Part shown: piece by piece, positions 10,501 to 17,328 of the stretch
Position numbering within the stretch: position 1 is the stretch's first letter
Layout: the number at the start of each line of letters is the position of its first letter
DNA from: a bacterium
Lineage (GTDB): Bacteria > Zhuqueibacterota > Zhuqueibacteria > Zhuqueibacterales > Zhuqueibacteraceae
Reading direction: 5' to 3'
Length of the DNA: 25,270 nucleotides
Assembly (NCBI GenBank): GCA_044869275.1
Contig: JBIOXB010000076.1
Span: forward strand, 1-25,270
Made by a program: the position numbers and the translations under genes
Notes under the pieces: model-generated
What the model saw: the letters and a program-made list of their open reading frames with translations, nothing else
Told to the model about the DNA's origin: nothing
Databases searched by the model: none

Positions 10501-11163
10501 CAAGGCCGCGATCACTTCCACGTCTTCGGCAAGCTTGCCCTCGACCTGCAAACGCAAGCCCGAATCAACTTTCAGGGCTTGATCCGTGCCCAGCGAAAGG
10601 CCGCGCGTGATGTTGCCGCGGGTGGTCAAATTCATTGCGGGGGTGCGCGCCGAATAACTGGCGCGCGTGGGTTGAAAGGCGGCGCCAGGCGGCCGCGCGG
10701 CCGCGCTTTCAGGTGGAACAGGTTTTAATGTCAAAAGCGAAAGTTTGGTGGGGAGCTGTATGGGCAGAATGCGATAGGTCAAGATGAGCGTATCGCAAGA
10801 GCCGCCGCCGCCAAACCAAAGGAGGCGCGCGACACCGTATTGCAGGTCATAGTCCTGTCCACGCCGCAACTGTGACCGGCCGCAGCGCAATGTGTCGGAG
10901 CGCGAGAGGATAAAGCTATCCGGCAACGCGAGCACCAGCGTATCATTCGAAGACAGAAAACTGAATTGCCGGAGGGTCAAAGACGAAGGCACGGAGAAGG
11001 GGAGAGCAGATTGCGCGCTGAGCGTTTGCAGATTGAAAAAACAATTCACGGCGAAGAGCAAAAAAAAGCACGCCGGTCCTGCGGTTTTCCTTTCAGATAA
11101 CGTGCGAGCGCCGCGCAGACAAACCAGGCAGAGACTTTTTACGAACGGGCAAAAGGCAAACAT
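7579..11163 (-). CDS. Large (~1190 aa) uncharacterised predicted outer-membrane beta-barrel protein with SprA-reminiscent N-terminal motifs
   Basis: Long ORF with a signal-like N-terminus ending LSAQ, many amphipathic alternating strands and a C-terminal MEMRLFF. Start uncertain (ATG 11163; ORF open to TTG 11223). Confidence 0.7.
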   Translation of the reverse strand: [1194 protein letters not shown]

Positions 11164-11292
11164 ATTTCGCGAAAAGAACGAGTATCCATGACGAAAACGC
11201 CAAGTCTCGAACCACGTTCCCAACCCTGCTGCCCTGCCGTGGAAATCATCTTAAACGGTATCCGCACCTGCGCCTAACCTTTCGGCAAGCGC

Positions 11293-11322
11293 ATCATAAG
11301 ATACTTCCAGCAGGATAGTCAA
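11293..11322 (-). promoter_or_regulatory. Sigma70-type promoter for the large OMP-Omp85 pair
   Basis: Minus strand reads TTGACT-18 nt-TATGAT upstream of the large OMP gene. Confidence 0.65.
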
Positions 11323-11414
11323 AAAAACGGGGGTGAAGACTCAGCGCTCGAGAGCGCATCAGCTCTTCGTGGCTGAACAGCGTTTTGTAGCGCTTTACCT
11401 TTTGCCCTTCTCCT

Positions 11415-12404
11415 TTACTCCAGCGATTTCAACGCAAAAACCTGCACACGATTATTGCCGGCATCGAGCACGGCGACGAGAGCCTCGGGGTGGGCATCCC
11501 GTTCTTTTTGTTCCTGCAGTACCACCACGTCCACTGGCGCAAAGATTTCCTCCGCGCCGCTTCCGGCGTTGCCGAATTGCCCCAGCGGCTCGCCCTGTCG
11601 GTCGAATATGAAAACACCATGGCGTTTGCTATCCGCCACCAAAACGCGGTCGCGCCATTCCGTCATGCCCGCGGGCCGGGAGAGAGTATTTTCGCCCATC
11701 TGCCCGAGAAAATTGCCATAGGCGTCATACCGCATAAGCGCGTGCAGCAGCGAGTCGCTGGCCCAAATCTCGCCGCTGCGCGTCGTGAACAACTTCGCCG
11801 GACGCTCCAATTGGCCTGCGCCCCAACTGAAATCACCGAAGCTGGCTTTGGGCGCGCCGAAAATGTCGAAGCGCAGAATGCGGTTGAAATCATGATCCGC
11901 GAGAAACAATTCGCCCTGCCAGGAAAGCGTGAGCGCGGCGGGATAACCGAACTGCACGCTCACGTCGTAAGCCGGGTCTGAATAAAAAGCAGCGACGAAG
12001 TTCAAATCCTTATCATAACGCTTGACGCGGCGATTGTTGTAATCTGCCACCCAGACGTCCAAACCGTTTGCCGCCCAGACATCGACGGGCCGGTCGAATT
12101 CTTCGTCTCTAAAACCGAATCCGCCGGTCTCCAGCAAAGTATTGCTTTCCCGATTGAATTTGATCACGCGGTTGTTGCCGGTGTCGGCGAGGTAGAGGTT
12201 GCCGTTTGGATCAACCGACAGGCCAAGCGGGCCGGATAAACGGGCCAAACCGATCTTTTGATCCAGCAGCGTTTGCACGAAAACGGCTTCGATCTGAGCG
12301 TGGCCAGCTGTGATTGAAAAAGCAAACGGCAAAAAGCAAACGACACGAAGGAAGGCTTTCTTCGACGGAGCGGAGGGCATAGATTTGTTTTGCTTCAAGC
12401 TCAA
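11415..12404 (-). CDS. Secreted NHL-repeat beta-propeller protein
   Basis: Repeated PxG/DxxxD...lyvADxxNxRv units (LYLADTGNNRV, VWVADYNNRRV, LFLADHDFNRI, VLDAGNNRVQVF) and a signal peptide ending AGHA. Start TTG 12404 or ATG 12380. Confidence 0.88.
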   Translation of the reverse strand: MSLKQNKSMPSAPSKKAFLRVVCFLPFAFSITAGHAQIEAVFVQTLLDQKIGLARLSGPLGLSVDPNGNLYLADTGNNRVIKFNRESNTLLETGGFGFRDEEFDRPVDVWAANGLDVWVADYNNRRVKRYDKDLNFVAAFYSDPAYDVSVQFGYPAALTLSWQGELFLADHDFNRILRFDIFGAPKASFGDFSWGAGQLERPAKLFTTRSGEIWASDSLLHALMRYDAYGNFLGQMGENTLSRPAGMTEWRDRVLVADSKRHGVFIFDRQGEPLGQFGNAGSGAEEIFAPVDVVVLQEQKERDAHPEALVAVLDAGNNRVQVFALKSLE

Positions 12405-12438
12405 AGCATGTCACTCCCAGCGAAGCCTCGGCGTCACT

Positions 12439-12861
12439 TTAAGCAGCGTCTGCTTCACAAGTCTCGGGCTTTGTTTTCTTTTTGAGGCCTGAAAGATTCC
12501 CCTGTATCTTGACAAAAATCCAAGCGCCTAGCGCAACACCAATGCTGTCGGCAATCCAATCGCGCCAATCGGGGGAGCGGCCCGGCACAAAGAATTGATG
12601 AATTTCATCCGAGGCGCCGTAAGCCGAGCCGAGCAACAATGCCAGCCAGAACAACGCGCGTTGCGTCTTCGCCAACCGCCCTTGCGCCACCGCACGCAGC
12701 AATAAAAATCCCAGCGGCAGATAAATCAACAAGTGCGCCCATTTGTCGTCCCATCGACTCAAGTGAAGCGGCGGATCGAGATCGGGAATGGAAGATTGCA
12801 CGAACAACACTGCCGCCCACGCGAGCGGCGCCCAAAAGTTTCGCCAAAAGTTGCCGGTCAT
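12439..12861 (-). CDS. VanZ-family membrane protein
   Basis: DKWAH and YGASDEIHQFFVPGR...DWIADSIG motifs. Confidence 0.88.
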   Translation of the reverse strand: MTGNFWRNFWAPLAWAAVLFVQSSIPDLDPPLHLSRWDDKWAHLLIYLPLGFLLLRAVAQGRLAKTQRALFWLALLLGSAYGASDEIHQFFVPGRSPDWRDWIADSIGVALGAWIFVKIQGNLSGLKKKTKPETCEADAA

Positions 12862-12879
12862 GTTGATATTCTATTCAAG

Positions 12880-12911
12880 AATTGTCCATTGCCAATTGTC
12901 AATGGACAATT
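12880..12911. repeat. Inverted repeat built from 7-mer units
   Basis: AATTGTCCATTG-8 nt-CAATGGACAATT. The units are AATTGTC/CATTGCC/AATTGTC/AATGGAC. Confidence 0.7.
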
Positions 12912-12923
12912 AAAAAACGAGGG

Positions 12924-14510
12924 TCAAGTAGATCCCTGCAATCGCAAGAATGCTTGCGGCAAGGCATTCAAAATATCGCCCGCGATCATTCCCCACACAC
13001 CGAACTGATCCCTGGCCAGATCGCCTGACAATCCGTGCACATAAACACCCAGACCCGCAGCCATCGCGGGCGGCAGGCCCTGCCCGGCCAGACCGGCGAT
13101 CAAGCCGGTTAACACGTCGCCGCTGCCGCCGGTGGCCATGCCCGCGTTGCCGGTGGAATTGATCAGAACTTCCTCGGTGGGCAAAGCCACGATCGTGGGG
13201 GCGCCTTTCAGCACGAGAATATGCCCCAGTTCTTCCGCGATGCGCCGCGCTTTTTCAACCGGAGAGCCCGCGACCAAGATGGGATCGTTGGCCACCAGGC
13301 GTTTCAATTCGCCGGGGTGCGGCGTGAGAATTACACGGCACTTGCTTTTTCGAATCGTCATGAATTCACCCGCCAGAACATTCAAGCCGTCGGCGTCGAG
13401 CACCAGCGTGCCCTCGAAATGCGAAAGCACTTGTTTGGCTAATTCCGCTGCCGCCGGGGAAGTTCCCAGACCGGGGCCGAGGGCGATGACATTCGCCCAT
13501 GACACTCGTTCCTGCAGCGCGTCGAACGCACCCGCAGCGACGCCGCCACGCTCGTCCTCCGGCAACGGCAGTTTTATGATTTCGGTGCTAGCGGCTTCGA
13601 GAGACGCAAGCAACGAAGCCGGAGTTGCCAATACCACCAGTCCAGCGCCCGCGCGTAAAGCCGCGGTGGCAGCCAAACGCGCCGCGCCGCCAAATCCACG
13701 CGAGCCCGCGATCGTGAGAATTTGTCCGACACGATTCTTAAAAGCATCGGGTGGGCGTTGGGGCAGCCAATGGCCCATGCTCCTGCCCTGCAACAAGTAA
13801 CACGGGCCCGCGGCATTCTGATAGGCGAGTTCGGGAAAACCGATATCCGCGACAAGAACTTCGCCGGCATATTCACGGCCGGGGGAAAACTGCAGCCCCA
13901 TTTTGCGCGCGCCGAAAGTGACCGTGATCGCCGCGCGAATGCAAGGGCCTTCCACGGCGCCGCTATCTGCGTCCACGCCGGTGGGCAAATCCAAGGCGAC
14001 GATGGGCTTGCGGCTGGCGTTGAGGTGATTGACGACTTCAGCGAAATGGCCGTGCAGCGCTCCGCGCACACCGGTGCCCAAGATCGCATCAATAATAAAG
14101 TCCTTTTGAGAAAGATCGGGCAATTCGCCACCTAGGGGCAAAGCAATGACGGCATGGCCGAGTTTCTCCAATATTTGATAATTCGCCAGCGCGTCGCCGC
14201 GCAAGTCTTCGGGTTTGCCCAGCAGGAAAATCTCGCACGCCACTCCCGCCTCACCGAGCAGCCGCGCCACGACGAAACCATCGCCGCCGTTGTTGCCTTT
14301 GCCGCAGAACAGCGCCGCGCTTTTTCCGGCCAGAAGCTGCCACTTTGCCCGTATGATCGCAAACGCTTCCCGGCCAGCGTTTTCCATCAACACGCGGCCG
14401 GGAAGGTCCAGCGTTTTGATGGTAAACTCATCGACGGCAGCCATTTCTTGCGCCGTGACCACGCGCGGGAGGTCAAGCAGCAGATCGGATAAATTAAGAT
14501 GGGTATTCAT
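12924..14510 (-). CDS. nnr: Bifunctional NAD(P)H-hydrate epimerase/dehydratase (YjeF)
   Basis: LMENAG, GKGNNGGDG, DAILGTG, DLPTG, GPGLG, DADGL, TPHPGE, LKGA and MATGGSGDVLTG motifs. Confidence 0.96.
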   Translation of the reverse strand: MNTHLNLSDLLLDLPRVVTAQEMAAVDEFTIKTLDLPGRVLMENAGREAFAIIRAKWQLLAGKSAALFCGKGNNGGDGFVVARLLGEAGVACEIFLLGKPEDLRGDALANYQILEKLGHAVIALPLGGELPDLSQKDFIIDAILGTGVRGALHGHFAEVVNHLNASRKPIVALDLPTGVDADSGAVEGPCIRAAITVTFGARKMGLQFSPGREYAGEVLVADIGFPELAYQNAAGPCYLLQGRSMGHWLPQRPPDAFKNRVGQILTIAGSRGFGGAARLAATAALRAGAGLVVLATPASLLASLEAASTEIIKLPLPEDERGGVAAGAFDALQERVSWANVIALGPGLGTSPAAAELAKQVLSHFEGTLVLDADGLNVLAGEFMTIRKSKCRVILTPHPGELKRLVANDPILVAGSPVEKARRIAEELGHILVLKGAPTIVALPTEEVLINSTGNAGMATGGSGDVLTGLIAGLAGQGLPPAMAAGLGVYVHGLSGDLARDQFGVWGMIAGDILNALPQAFLRLQGST

Positions 14511-14589
14511 AGAGATCAGTTCATGCCAACACCGTAAGCACAGAAAGTCGAGCGGCGTTGAGCCCTCGCAACGAGATCACAATCTTTTG

Positions 14590-14958
14590 TCAGATTTCCA
14601 GAATAACCACGGCCGTGGCGTAATGGTCCGCATGCGACAGGCTGAGATGGACTTTAGCCGGTCCCAAACGCGATTGCAGACGCGGGCTCAACAACGGCAA
14701 TGGACGGCCGTCGGGCGCAGTACGAATCGAAAAATCCTTCCACGAAAATGATTCGTTCCAGCCCGTGCCCAGTGCTTTGGAGCAGGCTTCCTTGGCCGCG
14801 AAACGGGCGGCATAGGACGCGGCGCGGTGCGTGCGTCCATCGCACAAAGCGATTTCATCTGCCGTGAAGACTTTGGAGATGAAACGCATTTCCCAGCGCT
14901 CCAGCATCTCTGCGATGCGCGCAATTTCGACGATGTCAATGCCGATGCCGGTAATCAT
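14590..14958 (-). CDS. acpS: Holo-[acyl-carrier-protein] synthase
   Basis: GIGIDIVEI, AARFAAKEA..KALGTG and LSLSH motifs. Confidence 0.96.
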   Translation of the reverse strand: MITGIGIDIVEIARIAEMLERWEMRFISKVFTADEIALCDGRTHRAASYAARFAAKEACSKALGTGWNESFSWKDFSIRTAPDGRPLPLLSPRLQSRLGPAKVHLSLSHADHYATAVVILEI

Positions 14959-14972
14959 GAAAGGCTTTTCAC

Positions 14973-15001
14973 TTGCTTGTTAGCACCTTTTCATTTACAT
15001 T
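14973..15001 (+). promoter_or_regulatory. Sigma70-type promoter for the ECF sigma gene
   Basis: TTGCTT-17 nt-TACATT in the short divergent gap. Confidence 0.55.
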
Positions 15002-15013
15002 TCCGCGCAAAAA

Positions 15014-15610
15014 ATGCACATCATGGGCGCTATGGCGACGAAACGTTCAGATGCTCCTCTGGTTTCCAAAGCTCTGCAAGGCGATCAAAAGGCCTTTGCC
15101 GAGTTGATGGCACGCCATCGCGGCCCATTGTACAACCTGCTCTACAACATGGTGCACCACCGCGAAGAGGCCGAAGATCTGGTCCAGGAAGCGTTCATGA
15201 AGGCCTTCGCCGCACTCGCCAGTTTCAACAAGGAATTCGCCTTTTCCACCTGGCTGTACAAAATTGCGATCAACACCACGATCGACCACCTGCGCAAGAA
15301 GAAGCTGCAAACTTATTCGATGGACAAGCCGATACAGTCCAAAGAAGGGGAGTTGAAGCGCGAATATGCTGATATCGATACTTCCACCGACAACGACATT
15401 CTTTCCACCGAAAAAAGCTCGCTGATTTCCAGAGCCATTGCCGAACTCCCGCCACATTACCGCGAAGCCATTATTTTGCGCCACGCCGAAGAAAAGTCCT
15501 ACGAGGAAATTGCGGATCTCACCCGTGTGCCGCTGGGCACGGTGAAAGCCCGAATCTTCCGCGCGCGGGAAATGCTCAAGCGCAAGCTCAAGGGCAAATT
15601 GTTGATCTGA
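15014..15610 (+). CDS. ECF RNA polymerase sigma factor (RpoE/SigW-like)
   Basis: Region 2 AEDLVQEAFMKAF...FSTWLYKIAIN and region 4 SYEEIA...LGTVKARIFRAR. Start may be 15023 or 15032. Confidence 0.93.
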   Translation: MHIMGAMATKRSDAPLVSKALQGDQKAFAELMARHRGPLYNLLYNMVHHREEAEDLVQEAFMKAFAALASFNKEFAFSTWLYKIAINTTIDHLRKKKLQTYSMDKPIQSKEGELKREYADIDTSTDNDILSTEKSSLISRAIAELPPHYREAIILRHAEEKSYEEIADLTRVPLGTVKARIFRAREMLKRKLKGKLLI

Positions 15611-15611
15611 A

Positions 15612-15665
15612 GCTGGATACTGGAAACTCGATACGCTGATGATCCAGAATCGAGCATCGAGGATC
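15612..15665. repeat. Inverted pair of short heptamer tandem arrays
   Basis: GCTGGAT ACTGGAA ACTCGAT ... ATCCAGA ATCGAGC ATCGAGG between convergent genes. Confidence 0.65.
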
Positions 15666-15689
15666 ATTCCTCCCGCCTCAAGCCTTCCA

Positions 15690-16916
15690 TCATTCGTACA
15701 TCAAATGCTTTGCCCGCTTTTCGCGATACGGTTTCAGCTCATACTCCAGCGTCCGATAGATCGAATCCGGCGGCACGCCGCGGCGCAGGCGCAGCTTCAC
15801 CATATCCGTGCCCATGGCCTGGTCGAAATTTTTCACCCGGTCAGTGTTGAAAATATCAATTGACGGATAAAGTTGCAAGAGCGCAGCAATAATATGCAAT
15901 TGCACCAGCATGGGCCGGAACACACGCGCGGCCGTAATATGCACTTGCACGCCGTAAAGCTGCTGATCTTTGTTTGAGAAATAGTAGGGCCGGTAATACA
16001 GTGGCCGGAAAATAACTCCCGGCAGTTTTTTGGCATTCAGGGTCTGCGCCAGTTCACGGCCGTCAATCCAGGTTTGGCCGATGAGCTCGAACGGTAGGGT
16101 ATAACCCACCCCTTCATTCACCACCCCCAGCTCACCCAAGCAGCCGGAGGCCGCGAGGTGAAGCGCCGTGCTCGCACGCGGGACGTGAGGCGAAGTGAGC
16201 ACCCACGGCAGGCCGGTATCTTCGTACAGCATGTTTCTCTTCCAGCCTTGCATGGGCACGACGGTCAAATTCGCGCCGAGATTGAATTCTTCATTGAAAA
16301 ACTTTGCCAGCTCGCCGACAGTGAGACCGTAAACATAGGGAATCGGATAGAGGCCGATGAAGGACTTGAACCGCTCATCGAGCATCGGGCCTTCAATCAA
16401 ATCGCCGCCCAACGGATTGGGACGGTCCAGCACCAGGAAAGGAATACCCTGCTGCGCCGCCGCCTGCATCGAAAGCGCCATGGTATAAATGTACGTGTAG
16501 GCGCGCGAGCCGATGTCTTGAATATCGTAAATCAAAACCTCAACGTTTTTCAGCATTTCTGATGAAGGTGCACGATTCGTGCCGTACAGCGAAAACACCG
16601 GCACGCCCGTGCGCGCATCGACGGAATCATTGACGTGCTGGCCGGCAAACGCGTCGCCGCGCACGCCGTGCTCCGGGCCGAACAATGCCACCAGCTTCAC
16701 TTCGGGAAGCGCGTGCAAGGCGTCAATGGTGGAAATCAGATCCGCCGTGACCCCGGTGGGATTCGTGATCAAGCCCACGCGTTTGCCGCGAATAAGATCC
16801 ATTCTTTCCGACAATAATACTTCGATGCCCGGCTTGACTTGCGCCGGCAGGGAAAAGGCAAAAGGAAATAGGCAAAATGCAGACAGATAGCATAACCGGG
16901 TGGCCGTCATTTTCAT
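15690..16916 (-). CDS. namZ: Exo-beta-N-acetylmuramidase NamZ (DUF1343/YbbC)
   Basis: RVGLITNPTG, FGPEHGVRG, SLYG, DIQDIGSRAYTY, VLDRPNPLGG, GLTVGELA, TSPHVP and EGVGYTLPFE motifs, plus a signal peptide. Confidence 0.93.
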   Translation of the reverse strand: MKMTATRLCYLSAFCLFPFAFSLPAQVKPGIEVLLSERMDLIRGKRVGLITNPTGVTADLISTIDALHALPEVKLVALFGPEHGVRGDAFAGQHVNDSVDARTGVPVFSLYGTNRAPSSEMLKNVEVLIYDIQDIGSRAYTYIYTMALSMQAAAQQGIPFLVLDRPNPLGGDLIEGPMLDERFKSFIGLYPIPYVYGLTVGELAKFFNEEFNLGANLTVVPMQGWKRNMLYEDTGLPWVLTSPHVPRASTALHLAASGCLGELGVVNEGVGYTLPFELIGQTWIDGRELAQTLNAKKLPGVIFRPLYYRPYYFSNKDQQLYGVQVHITAARVFRPMLVQLHIIAALLQLYPSIDIFNTDRVKNFDQAMGTDMVKLRLRRGVPPDSIYRTLEYELKPYREKRAKHLMYE

Positions 16917-17092
16917 GTGCAATTCGAATTGTTGATGTCCCTTAATTGACGCTACAGAAATTTTACGAAATCTGCCGGAAATTTCTCCGGCTTTTCCTCA
17001 AACTGACTGGCAAAGCCCGGTGAGATTGAGCGTTTCCAGTTTGCAACCGCATGATCTTGCAGCAACCATCCTTTCGTCATTCTGCAAGAATC

Positions 17093-17208
17093 AGACTGTG
17101 TGAAAACTTGGGGATGCCGCACCCTGAGCTTGTCGAAGGGTGCGAAGTTCAAAAATCCGGCTTCGACAAGCTCAGCCGGCGTTGAAACCAAGCGTTTTCA
17201 CACAGTCT
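17093..17208. mobile_element. 116-bp MITE-like non-autonomous element containing a REP-like doublet
   Basis: Perfect 15-bp terminal inverted repeats AGACTGTGTGAAAAC/GTTTTCACACAGTCT flanked by a 5-bp direct repeat GAATC (17088-17092 and 17209-17213). Internal inverted 15-mers CTGAGCTTGTCGAAG/CTTCGACAAGCTCAG. Confidence 0.85.
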
Positions 17209-17328
17209 GAATCCTGCTCGGCGCAACAAACACCTCTGATTTTAACAAGATTCCCGTGGAGTAACAGGGCAAGGCAGGAGGAGCAGGAGAAACAACCGCA
17301 AGGTCAGCGCAGCAACCGAGGTGATGCG

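Noticed and set aside
11270..11292. GAAA-tetraloop hairpin upstream of the large OMP as a possible riboswitch
   Set aside because: A single short hairpin overlapping the predicted transcription start, with no recognisable riboswitch consensus.
14979..14990. TTAGCAC as a possible CIRCE element
   Set aside because: Only a partial half-site. The GAGTGCTAA arm is missing.
17118..17179. Repeat pair as a possible CRISPR array
   Set aside because: Only two copies, inverted rather than direct, and no cas genes.
16952..17191. 79-aa minus-strand ORF
   Set aside because: It starts within the MITE and reads through its palindromes, with no protein features.
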